From positions 744,001 through 808,000 of the forward strand of contig BCGN01000002.1 of the NCBI GenBank assembly GCA_001599295.1: 64,000 nucleotides of DNA, read 5' to 3'. Numbering within the stretch: the first letter of the stretch is position 1; each line of letters begins with the position of its first letter. The notes under the pieces were generated by a model. It was given only the letters and a program-made list of their open reading frames with translations, searched no databases and was not told where the DNA came from. This document shows, piece by piece, positions 34,920 to 45,989 of the stretch. Source of the DNA: Sporopachydermia quercuum. Lineage: Eukaryota. The translations under genes and the position numbers were made by a program.

Positions 34920-37075
34920 ACAACAAGTAGATTAGTAACATATTTTTATGGTTGAACTTTACAGTCAAGAACTCATTTACCACTATTTGTTCCNTGTGTG
35001 TATATGGTACTAGTACTACTGTATTAAAATCTTTGGATAAGGAAATGTGAGATCTCATCAGTGCTACATACAACTCTTAGTAGGTNCGTGAGTTTATTCT
35101 TTAAAGCACATCTATGCATACTATCAAATAGCCGAATGATGTGGGTTCAAGGCAAGTAGCTAATACACATGTATTATAGACAGAGTCTAGGAGTTTGAGC
35201 AGAAATGTTTGCAATTGACACTTATTTTGATTAATAATGATTCATCAGTAGATATCACAATTTATTTTTCCACTTGAAAATATTTGATAATTGTGTGCTT
35301 GACTTCTACTTTAGTTATACATAGTAAAGTCTGCCAATGATNAGACCGTTTTCAAATGGTNCAATCCTCCTCCTTTACCAGAATGTAACTGTTGTGATAC
35401 TAGTTATTCTCCCCAATAAAACTACCTAATCCCCAGCAGCCTCTTCTTAGTAGCCAGTTTCCAACATCATTTTGATAATCATTCACATTTTCATCTCTTT
35501 TCGTCATCATTATGAGCAGGATTAAGCTCCACCACAGTTCATCCTACAATGATGATCATCTGATATTGTCAAACATAAGCGCAAATATCTGCGCTTTGNT
35601 GCTATCTATACCTGCATAATGCCAACTTTAACATACTAGTAGAAATCTTAAATAAGCTCAAGACCTAATGAATGAATACCTAACTAGATTTTAGAGCCTT
35701 GGTTTATGAAATGCAGCGCTAACGAAACTAAGTAATAAGAATAGCACTAAATGCAATGCATTCTATCAGCTTCAAGCAATTTCAGTAGTCTTAAAGTGCC
35801 CATGCCCGTATTGTATTACGTGATCTAATCCGAGGNCAGATCCAAAAAATTCATACTCTANGTTCTACAGTTGGCGCATGAAAAAATTCGAAGCGCATCA
35901 TCACATGATGGTCAATACACTTTATTGCCGCCGCACTTGTCATGTCCTGTAGCTAAGAAAGTTTTATACGCATAAAATGTTCCAATCGAAAGCAATCCAA
36001 AAGATGATCTAAGATATCTAAGATAATCTAGGTGAATTTTAAGATGTTCTTGATCTTAAGCACTTTGATAGCCAAGAATTCCTTGAGGATTCCATTTAAT
36101 TACCCTTTGAGGTTGTTCTGAAACTGACTCTACGATCTTAGTAAGAGTTTCTAATCAATGTCTCATTTCNTTGCATCTCTGCCTCTCTGATATGGTTATC
36201 TAGGTATTCTTAATTGACCTGTCGAATTTATATCATGTTTTCGCGCCAATTATCCATAGAATTGTTCTTTAAAGTTTTAAAACCAGTGTCNGAACGACAT
36301 GCTTTTGGAAGATCAAGTAATTCCGTTCTAGAAGCTAAACTCAACTACTTGCTTAGCGTTGCATCTCTTCTCGCTCAAAAAGTATTAANGTGAATTCAGA
36401 AAGATGGATGAGTTTCTAGAATTTCAGAGAGTAAGAAAAACTTTCGATTTATACTTTCANCATCACAAATTATTGCACCGAAACATTAATGAATCCCTTA
36501 GTTCTTGTAGAAATATTAATGAATCAATTGTGAGTATTTTATATATGTATTGCGAGATTGGATAGATCAATGTCACTTTTCATCTATACCAAAAATTTAT
36601 ATCGCGTGAAAGTAGTTTCTTTCTTGGTTCAGGAGAATAGCAACCTCATTTACTTCTGTTGGATTTGTTCTCTATATCGTCCATTATGAATTCCGTTGCT
36701 TCTAATGAAGTAAGCGAACATATAGTTCGTTAATAGTCTTCGATCGCTTTTACTATGGGTCTTCCATTAACGAAGCTATTTTACTCTCGATTGGCCATAT
36801 AATACATCCTATGGTAAACCAGNACTTGCGAATACTTGTTCTGCTTTACAATCAGCATACGCCATACCTATGGATAGACTACTTCATTTCTCTTTCTTNA
36901 TTTATTATTCTCACTCAATTCAAGCTCTTATAATATCTCAGTATCTTCTGATATNCCCCTTTTCATTAGAAAACGTCCCCGCAATTTGTGAACCATAGCT
37001 CATACGCGTAGTACGACTGAATACAACACAATAAGAAGAAGGATTCACGAATTCATGCATTGCAGTCGACATAAA
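34920..37075 (-). mobile_element. Degenerate Ty1/copia pol relic (integrase, RT, RNase H)
   Basis: Minus-strand order: MSTAMH..N, T-YELWF (about 37000), RNYFHAI..DEK*H, KQVVEFSF*NG, LVLKL..FYG..GAKT*YKF (about 36250), LKEFLAIKV..LLDCFRLE, IAFSAILIT*F, GY..AGD..SYILV-GGG, ITKVE, CIDV, EQIVVNEFLTVKF..NML. Confidence 0.6.
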
Positions 37076-37985
37076 ATTGACTCCCTTTCTTCTAAATTGC
37101 AATCATACACATTCTTGGAAATATTGATGACAAATTAATTGGCTTACCATTTAATTAACTCNATTGAGATTCTACTAACCATATACTGTCTGTCTTATCA
37201 CGCTTATCTAATATAAAAATCTCCAGACTTGCCCTCTTTTTCTTAATATCTTCCCGGAATGACGGTACAAAATTGTAAGGAAAANTTTTTCCAATGTAAC
37301 CAATCTAATTTTGCCTTTGGGGTATGTATGGANTATGAATGCAATTGTTATCTATCACTGATAACGATTCGATCTTAAATATAAAATGACAAGGCAGAAT
37401 TAATGGATTAATTGAAAGAAAAAAAAAGGAGGATCAGCAATTCACAATTGATCTACGAGTTGAATATAGAATCAGTGTACTAAGTCTTGTGTTGATATTA
37501 ATTAAGAGCAATTNGGTATTGCGTGTGCTATAAGACACATAAAAGGCTAAGAAACCTTTCCGTTGATAATCGAGATAGATAAAANNTTTTTTGCAAAAAC
37601 ATATTATTTGTGTTGCTAGCTGGGGGGTGAAATCCGAGAAAAATTTATTTATCATTATAATTCAATGCTCTATGCCTTTGAACTGGAGTTTTGTTTTTAT
37701 TTTTTGAATTTATGAGAAAGATATTAGGAAAGTTTTTTTACTTTGTTATCAATTAAGTGTTAAAGAGCAACATTGACATAGCTGATAAGTTAAGTGGTAC
37801 TCTTTTTTTTTCGCAAGCTCTGCCCTATCTGATATTGAGTTTGTAGTTGATTACTTTCTTTCTTCTTCACTTAATCTCATTGTTAACAGTCTATCCAGAT
37901 AGCTGATCTTGATTGTTTGAGAGGAGTGATACTCGTTTTGCTTGAATTTGATTGAAAACAAGAACACATCTCATATTTTGCCAGT

Positions 37986-39887
37986 ATGTCTTTTTTTAAT
38001 CCACCTCCGANCCATCTGGCCTCGGGGTCTTATACAAGCTCAAGTATCGGCAATATTCAAAGAAGACGCTCATCTGTCATCAAAATACCAGAATTAGTTG
38101 ACTTAGAAAAACCGTCAGATTTGCAAACTCCTGAATCCTGTGACGTTNTAATTTATGGTACAGGTATAGTTGAATCTATACTGGCAGCATCATTAGCCTG
38201 GCAGGGTACGAATGTGGTTCACATAGATTCCAACAGCTATTATGGAGATAGTTCTGCCTGTTTAAATGTTGATCAACTGAAAAGTTGGGTTGATAGAGTT
38301 AACAAGGGGAAAATCAATGGGTTTCAGAATGCTTTATTATATATTCCAATTTTATCTCAATTGACATCAAGAAATTACATTATTGATCTTACACCAAGAG
38401 TTTTGTTCGCGAAGTCAGATTTGCTTTCTTTGTTGTTGAAATCAAGAGTCTATCGTTATCTTGAATTTCAACCGTTAGCATCATTCCATACCTATGAAAA
38501 TGATTCGTTCGATAAGATACTTTCCAATACCAAACAAGACATTTTTACAGATAAATCATTATCCTTACAGACAAAAAGAAATTTGATGAAGTTCATCAAA
38601 TTTGTATTAAAGTTTGATGATCTGCCGGAGAATATAGCATTATGGACACCATATAAAAACAAACCTATTTCTTTGTTTCTCAGCCAAGTATTTAAATTTG
38701 AAGCACCTCAGATTGCAGAATTTGTCCATACAATTGGACTTTGTTCCTCATTATCCACAGCTACCATAACTTGTTTGTTCAGAATCAAAAGGTATCTGAC
38801 GTCGTTGGATATTTATGGAAATTTCCCTGTTTTGCACAGCAAATTCGGTAACAGTGGAGAATTGGCTCAAGGGTTTTGCCGATCTGCTGCTGTTGCTGGT
38901 GCCACATATAAACTAAACACTTCAATCACTTCTTATGATAAAGAAACCAGTATTGCCAAGTTTTCGGATGGAACAACAGTTAAAGTTAATGAGAAAATGA
39001 TTATTTCTCCCTCCCAATTCAAACAAACATCGATCAGTCATAAGTCTGCCCCATTGTTGGACAAGTCTAAGATCAAGTATGAAGTTACTAGATTGATTAC
39101 AATTGTCTCAAAAGATTGTCATGAATGGATGGTAGACAATCAATCTTCTACCATGGTTGTATTCCCTGAAAACTCATTGCCTACCAATAACAAGAAAGCT
39201 GTTTTTGCTCTCATTTTTAATGGGAAATCCGGAGTCTGTCCTGTCAATCAATCAATATGGTATTTATCAACAATTGAAAAGGGGCAAGCCGCAAGACTGG
39301 ACTTGGAAAGCGCATTAGAGCAGATGGAGTCATCGTTATTGCGAGAATCCTCTTTTGAAGAATTTGATATCAAAGACCGCAGTGATCCGATGAATTTCTC
39401 ATTGAAATTGGGACAATCTTTACAGAATTTTGTTCCTAAAGAGAAACTACAGTATCTGTTGAAGGTATGTTTCACTCAACTCACGAATGTTCCACCTTTT
39501 GATGAAGAGTATCTTAGATTGTACGAAACACTTGAGAATGTGCAACTAAGTACGGAAAATGAAACTACGAAGGATTCTCAAGAAAAGGACACTTCTAAGG
39601 CCGTTGAAACTGAAAAATCCACTATCTCGGATGTTATCGTAGATGATGACGATTCAGAAGCTGCTGAAGGAGCACCAAAAATTCTTTTCACCAATTTTCC
39701 GTCTTCAGAGATATCCTACGATGGTATAGTTTCTGAAGTAAAACTTCTTTACTCGAAGATCGTGGGATCGGATGATGATTTCTTCGATGTAGATTTCGAA
39801 GATGAGGAAGAAGAAATNAATGAGTATAAAGAAATGACAGATGACCACCAGGTTGCAGGCGACTTTGCGGATGATATGGAATTATAA
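37986..39887 (+). CDS. MRS6: Rab escort protein (GGTase-II component A)
   Basis: GTGIVESILAASLAWQG, HIDSNSYYGD, LLKSRVYRYLEF, GELAQGFCRSAAVAGATYKL and acidic tail GSDDDFFDVDFEDE. Confidence 0.93.
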   Translation: MSFFNPPPXHLASGSYTSSSIGNIQRRRSSVIKIPELVDLEKPSDLQTPESCDVXIYGTGIVESILAASLAWQGTNVVHIDSNSYYGDSSACLNVDQLKSWVDRVNKGKINGFQNALLYIPILSQLTSRNYIIDLTPRVLFAKSDLLSLLLKSRVYRYLEFQPLASFHTYENDSFDKILSNTKQDIFTDKSLSLQTKRNLMKFIKFVLKFDDLPENIALWTPYKNKPISLFLSQVFKFEAPQIAEFVHTIGLCSSLSTATITCLFRIKRYLTSLDIYGNFPVLHSKFGNSGELAQGFCRSAAVAGATYKLNTSITSYDKETSIAKFSDGTTVKVNEKMIISPSQFKQTSISHKSAPLLDKSKIKYEVTRLITIVSKDCHEWMVDNQSSTMVVFPENSLPTNNKKAVFALIFNGKSGVCPVNQSIWYLSTIEKGQAARLDLESALEQMESSLLRESSFEEFDIKDRSDPMNFSLKLGQSLQNFVPKEKLQYLLKVCFTQLTNVPPFDEEYLRLYETLENVQLSTENETTKDSQEKDTSKAVETEKSTISDVIVDDDDSEAAEGAPKILFTNFPSSEISYDGIVSEVKLLYSKIVGSDDDFFDVDFEDEEEEXNEYKEMTDDHQVAGDFADDMEL

Positions 39888-40092
39888 ACTACCGTACAAG
39901 TATTTAATGTATATGTAGTATTAAGAAATATATGTATTTTTATAATGACTCCGTGATTTGACTGTAGTCCGTTCATTGGAGTTACCTCATAAGTCTTTTC
40001 CTCTCTCTCATTAAGCTCATCAAAAGGAGCCGTCGAAAAAGCTTCTTTGAGTAAACATTAGATTACGTAATCAATAAAAAAACTCAATAATT

Positions 40093-40193
40093 TAACCCTA
40101 TTATGGTCACGTGCAATGATATAGGTGTTTTGATGAGGATACAATCATTCTTGAAAGAAGTGTAACCTAACACAATCTTTGGGAAATTTTTCA
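40093..40193. promoter_or_regulatory. Ribosomal protein promoter: Tbf1-type, Cbf1, PAC and RRPE sites
   Basis: TAACCCTA 40093-40100, GTCACGTG 40106-40113, GATGAG 40132-40137, GAAATTTTTCA 40183-40193. Confidence 0.6.
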
Positions 40194-40389
40194 AACACTT
40201 GCAAAGCAAAGCTCAATAGGTAACCGTGCCTGCTTTTAGAGATGACAATCTACTTCTCACCAGTTTAATGACTATTAGATTATACGCAACAGTAAGTACA
40301 TAGAGTATATCTTTGATTCTACAACATTAACAAGGACTGAGCATTATCTGTTAGGACGTCCATCTTTTCGAATCGAAATATTTGCCAAA

Positions 40390-40821
40390 ATGTCTGACGT
40401 TGAAGAAGTCGCCCAAGTTGAAGTTGCTGTTGAAGCCACTACAGGAACCATCTCCGTTGAAGATGCTTTAAAGGTTGTTTTGAAGAATGCCTTGATCCAC
40501 GACGGTCTTGCCAGAGGTTTGAGAGAAGCTTCCAAGGCTCTTAACTCAAAGAAGGCTCAATTATGCGTTTTGTGCGAATCGGTTACTGAGGCCGGAATCG
40601 TCAAGTTAGTTGAAGCTCTTTGTAACGAAAACGAAAGCTCTATTCCTTTGATCAAGGTTTCTGATGCTAAGCAATTAGGTGAATGGGCTGGTTTATGCCA
40701 ATTGAACCAAGAAGGTGAAGCGATCAAGGTTGTTGGATGCTCTTGTGTTGTTATCAAGGATTGGGGTGTTGATTCTAATGAAAAGCAAGTTTTGTTGGAA
40801 TTCATTGCTTCTCAACAATAA
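40390..40821 (+). CDS. RPS12: 40S ribosomal protein eS12
   Basis: ALKVVLKNALIHDGLARGLREASKAL, KQLGEWAGL, KVVGCSCVV. Confidence 0.97.
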   Translation: MSDVEEVAQVEVAVEATTGTISVEDALKVVLKNALIHDGLARGLREASKALNSKKAQLCVLCESVTEAGIVKLVEALCNENESSIPLIKVSDAKQLGEWAGLCQLNQEGEAIKVVGCSCVVIKDWGVDSNEKQVLLEFIASQQ

Positions 40822-41015
40822 ATGTATTGATTATATGTGTAAAATATCTCATTGGTATATGATCTAATTAAACATTTGTTATTGTGACTCTAATCGAATT
40901 GTAGGGTTCTATTTGATGATGTAGGAATTGTTAATAGCGTGAGGAAAACTTTTAGTAATTCATATGGTAGACTTTAATATTCTAGAAAAGGGTTTGTATG
41001 ATAATTAAATATGTA

Positions 41016-42460
41016 TCAGATGAATAGACGAGGACCACTGTCTTGAGAGGGTTCTGAATCGTACGTGGAGTTCTCATATTCACTGTCATGAAGTTCTTTT
41101 GGATCACGATTCGGNGAAGGATCTGGAGTATCTGAGGGATGACTATTTACAACATGAGTAGTACTTGTTTCCGCCAATGGAAGGAACGAATATTCTATAA
41201 ATGACTGGTCGCTTTTTGATGGTTTTGTAAGCGGTATATCGGTGGTTGAGGTAGATTTACTGGATGGCATAGGTCTTGTTGATGTTGGACACAAAAGTTG
41301 TACTGAGAGAATGCCATTGATATCTTGTCTCAAGCGTACCTTCGAGGCTAATCTCACAGCTTTTGAGATGCAGTCGACATTCTCGAAAATGTAACTAGAT
41401 ATAAATGGATCCTTCTCCGATATATGTATTCCTCCTACCCCTTGCATAAAGTCGGACTCAAATGCTGAATCGCCAAACTGATCATACTCGTCCTCGTCGC
41501 ATAATTCATGTCGTGAACCAATATCGTTTATTGAAAGTAATTCCAAGACGGACTTCACGTTGGGAAATATCAATCTTAAACTACCTAGGTCACCACGACT
41601 TATTATTGCAAAATGAGCTTTTTGTTCTGATAACTTTTCAATACTTGACTGTTTTCTATTTTTTGTTTCATTTTTTGCGTAAATCGACAATGTCTGTGTT
41701 TTCATCTCTTCGAAATCTCTTATTGCTTCAAACATAATTTTACCTTGAATGATAGTTTCAAAAGTAATCGATTCAAGATCAAGATCTATCTCTGGTATCA
41801 TTGCTGGATCCTCCATATATGTCGCTAACTCGCACTTCTCTTCCATGAGAAAATTTTCGAACGTAATAATAAAGGGTGATCCTATTCCTTCGCACACAAG
41901 TCTACAAACTATACCATCATCCAAATTGTTTCCAGTTCTACCAGCATTTTCCCTGTCTGCTGATTGACTCTGGCCGATTTCTGGATACGACGTAGTATTA
42001 AGTACTGATGAAGCAATCATTATACTTAGCGATTCCGTCAAATCATTCAGTTCTATCTGAAAGCGCAAACCAAAGCCATTTTCATCGTCCTCCTCCTTGT
42101 TTTCTTGATCAATATCATTATCATCATCATCGGAGTCTTGATGTTGAGACTTGTTGCTTTCCGATACTACAGAGTTGAAATTATACGATTCAAACAGTTC
42201 CGTAGAAAGTAGAACACTGCCTGAAATATTTTGTTAGACTTTCGTGTAAAATAACTCTCTTCTTGACTCCTTTCAATTTGAACTGCTGTCTTAAGCATTA
42301 ACTTACCCCTACATATCCTTGAGTTGTGACCGACTGTAAAACGTATTCCATCTTTGTTGATATGAACAATAGCCTTTCCAGATACTTGCGCTATTGCTTG
42401 AAGTACGTTGGCAATGTGAGTAGGATGAGTGGTTGAGGCAGAAAATGCAATGNCAGCCAT
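41016..42460 (-). CDS. RAD17: 9-1-1 checkpoint clamp subunit (Rad17/Rad1/Rec1 family); one intron
   Basis: Exons 42460-42307 and 42220-41016. Intron 42221-42306 (GTAAGT...GTCTAAC...CAG) joins two ORF-track fragments in frame. Motifs FSAST, INKDGIRF, CELATY, KAVRLASKVRLRQDINGILSVQ. Confidence 0.85.
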
Positions 42461-43648
42461 ATTAATTTATTTATTCGAACCAACCCATGTCTCACATTGT
42501 TCTCCAACTTGAAGTAGGTTTAACATTATCACCATGAATAATCAGTCAATTGTTATACAGAACTTTCTTTCTCCTACCAGCCTGAATCATTTTATATTGA
42601 ACATTTCGCGTTTCATTTGCGCTCAGTGGAGACGTGAAGCTCTTTCAGAAGATCGGAAATGTTAACTTGTATAATTTCCTATATTCTGTGCTTAACAAAG
42701 GAAATGGAAACTCAATTAATTACGAGGGTACAAGTGATATATTTGCCGCTATAGTATGAAGGCAATAATAAAAGCACATGTACAGTTTGATTTCTTTTCC
42801 TATTTTATTGGTTTGTATTATTAACTTCATTTTTTCATTGTCCTTTATCCTTACTACCTAAGTGATCTGTCAGTTATCATCTATCTCAGTCGAGTTGGTC
42901 TTCTTCGATCGATTTTATGATCACTTTCCAACTACACATCATAGTGCCGCCTTTGAATGACTAATGTCGTTCTGAATACTCGATTTAGTCGTTAATCAAT
43001 TATCTCATCTTAAATCCTCTAATCTCATTTATAACTCTATCTGTATACTACATATATTTTTCAAATCAATTAAAACTAGTTCTAGTTACGGCCCTAAAGT
43101 TTGTAAGGGGAAATTTTACCCAACAGTTTCTATGGGTTAAAACGGAAACGATCAGAGTTTCACTATAACTACCCACTTTTGAGATGAGGTACATTCAAAG
43201 GGAGTTGCTAAGTTGAAAAAGTGGAGGTATATAACTGATACAATGTGCTTCCATGGGTAATTACTGCTGATTAGAATTGATTTGAATTCATTAGAACTTG
43301 TGATTTATCTTTTCTTTTTTTCTTTGCATTTGGAAAAGTGTTTAGTATAAGAAATTGTAAGGCATAGAAAAAGATTGATGTCAATAAATAAGAAATGATA
43401 TGACAGGAAGAGACGGAGAGAAGGTACAGATGATCATGGTAAAGCGAAGATAAAGTAATAGACGGTTACTGAAGACAAGCTTTAGTTACTGTTGAGGTGC
43501 ACAAAATAGAAGTTCAAATAACTCTTACTGTTGAAGGAGAAAGTTTGTGTTGTTACTGTGACAGTTTATTTATTTTACAATTAAAGTAATCGAAAGACTC
43601 TGAGCTGTGGTAACCTTTTGGCTGTAGAATAATATCAATTGGAACAAA

Positions 43649-44263
43649 ATGGCATCAAACAGGAAAAAGGGAATGAATCCATTAGCAGCAACTGCTGCCT
43701 TCCTATCATTAGGATTGGCTGTTTATAAATTATCTCAATCTGCTACAGTGAGGTCTTTCTTCATGTCAAGTTCAGACAAATCTCAAAACACGACTGGTAG
43801 GAGATATACAAAGAAATCAGTTGTTATAGTTATGACTGACTCAATTATCAAAGCTAATATTCCAATTGTTGAAATATTGAAAAATGTCGAATATGGTGTC
43901 CTAATTCTTCCACCAGGAATCGATATTGATCAATTGATAAAGAATAATTTGAAAAGCAAAGAGTATAGTAAAATTGAAGGTCCTAAAACACTTGTCCGTC
44001 ATAAATCAGATGGAGCATTGAGCGAAGATGATAATGATAGCGATAATGAGAGTTCTATTCCTTCTGATATTTTATACAAGATTATACCATGTGATACAGA
44101 GCTAGGTGTGTCTCATGTGATAAAACATCTAGGGTGTGATATAGTCTTTTTGGCTGATGATGCTTTGATTGAGATACCTTCAGATGTTCAACGTAAGTCA
44201 CTGGATGCTTTGAGTGGGGTAGTTCTCGAATTTAATAAGAACGATGTACTAACATGCTTTTAG
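43649..44263 (+). CDS. PEX22: Peroxin 22-like membrane anchor
   Basis: N-terminal hydrophobic anchor after a basic stretch; RYTKKSVVIVM, VLILPP and YKIIPCDTELGVSHVIKHL resemble Pichia/Candida-type Pex22. Confidence 0.65.
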   Translation: MASNRKKGMNPLAATAAFLSLGLAVYKLSQSATVRSFFMSSSDKSQNTTGRRYTKKSVVIVMTDSIIKANIPIVEILKNVEYGVLILPPGIDIDQLIKNNLKSKEYSKIEGPKTLVRHKSDGALSEDDNDSDNESSIPSDILYKIIPCDTELGVSHVIKHLGCDIVFLADDALIEIPSDVQRKSLDALSGVVLEFNKNDVLTCF

Positions 44264-44477
44264 GTTTTGTAGGAAGTATAATATGTTTGAGTGACTTGAA
44301 ACCAGATGCAATTCAAGAAAAGATTATGTCTTACTTGTTTGTATAGAGATTATGATATGTATGGGAAAAGAAGAGAAGAAAAAGGTACGTTTCGTTTACA
44401 GAGATGTTTTAGCGGTAATGATATATAGTGAGATATAATTAATAGTTATGGTGAGTAGACTTAATTTTGAGCTCTGA

Positions 44478-45279
44478 TTATTTTAGATTGATGTCTATGT
44501 TTTCGTATCTCGTTTTCACAGGTTTTTGAATAATATCACGAGTAGAACCTATAACGACCCCCTCCGTAGATTGTGAAGCTCCTCCCATGTAACCATACTG
44601 CATAGTATTCCATGCTGGAATATTCTTTGGCTTCTTTGGAATTGGTGGTGGTGTTCTTTTCTCTGCTAGTTTGGGTCCTAGAGGCGCAATATTCGGATTG
44701 GCCTTATTAGCATAACGTGAAAATGACAAGATGGTTGTGACTATCTGCATTGGGTCAGCAGCTTCATATAAGTCAATTGTTTGAAACAGTTCATGTTGTG
44801 GCACCCCAATTACACTAGCTGCCTTCAGAAAATTTGAAATATTCTCCATTTGAGCAAATGGTATGTTGCTTTCTTTGAATTTGGCTATTCCAGGAGCAAC
44901 TTGATTGGCAAGTCTGATGATTATGTTAGCGATTCTTATTGTTTTATGGATGTATTGGATTTCAACTCAAAACGCCTTTGCTTGTACTATTAACTTACTG
45001 ACATAATACTGTACCATCATGTAGTATATCCACCAAAGGTTCTTTAGGTATGGGTCTATTTAATGTTTGAAATATCCAACGTTTAGCCTACATGATTTAT
45101 GATCATGTTAGTTCAATCATTTCATTCATCTAGTCAATGCCGCTTTCTTTATATCGAGTTCTATGTCAATCAATATTCATTGAGAGTCAGTTCTATTTAC
45201 TTACTTCATCTTCTGACTTATTGAACTTATTCAATCTTGATTCAGCCAAATCCTGATCTAAATTTGTAACATCAGCCAT
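44478..45279 (-). CDS. SCP1: Transgelin/calponin-like actin-binding protein; two introns
   Basis: Exons 45279-45205, 45087-44999 and 44913-44478. MADVTNLDQDL..AKRWIF..LHDGTVLCQLAN..FAQMENISNFL..FQTIDLYE (CH domain) plus calponin repeat QYGYMGGASQ. Confidence 0.9.
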
Positions 45280-45989
45280 TCTTCTTGTATTCCATTCTTC
45301 TAATAACATATAAAGGAATCTCTTTATTAAACTGTAATTATATTGCAATAAACTTTCTAATGCTTATACTGCCATTCTCTCTAGCTCTTAGGTTCCAGGG
45401 ATAAATTCAACCCAATTAGCCTCGATGTCTATTGGAATTAAAGCACTTAGCTATCAACGCTGAGTCAACGGTCAATTGACAGTGTATGCTTGAAAAGAAT
45501 CCTTTCCTTTCCTCTGCTCTTGGTTATCCTTAAAGGGAATAAACTAATCTATCACAAAGTTGTTTGTACTAAGCTCATAAGCAAACCCCTTATGGGACAC
45601 GGGAAGAGTTCGCCAGGTGCTTGATTAGCTAATTATTTAAGTGATCAAAAGGGAAATTGGTAAACAGGAGCAAAAGTTGTAGGAAGCCAGCTACTTTGAT
45701 TAGTATGATATGATGATTGATACTGATAACTTCTCATTTGATAGTGAGAATTTATTGTGTTGTGCTTGGAGACTTCATTGTCACTAGTTGGACATTAAGG
45801 GAGTTGATGTTCTAGGTCTGGAAGTTAGTTCGAAACTACTGCTACTTTGAATCTTTTTCATTCAAACTGAGATCTACTGCCTCTCCTCAAAATTCTCTTC
45901 ATTCACACCTGGGAGACATCCAGGACAGTTTGGAGTATAGAAAAGTTCTTATTGTATAGAGAGAAATCATATTACATCTGTATTGGAAG

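Noticed and set aside
35340..35410. FKWxNPPPLPECNCC resembling peptide-N-glycanase
   Set aside because: Short, and it lies antisense to the better-supported copia RNase H remnant.
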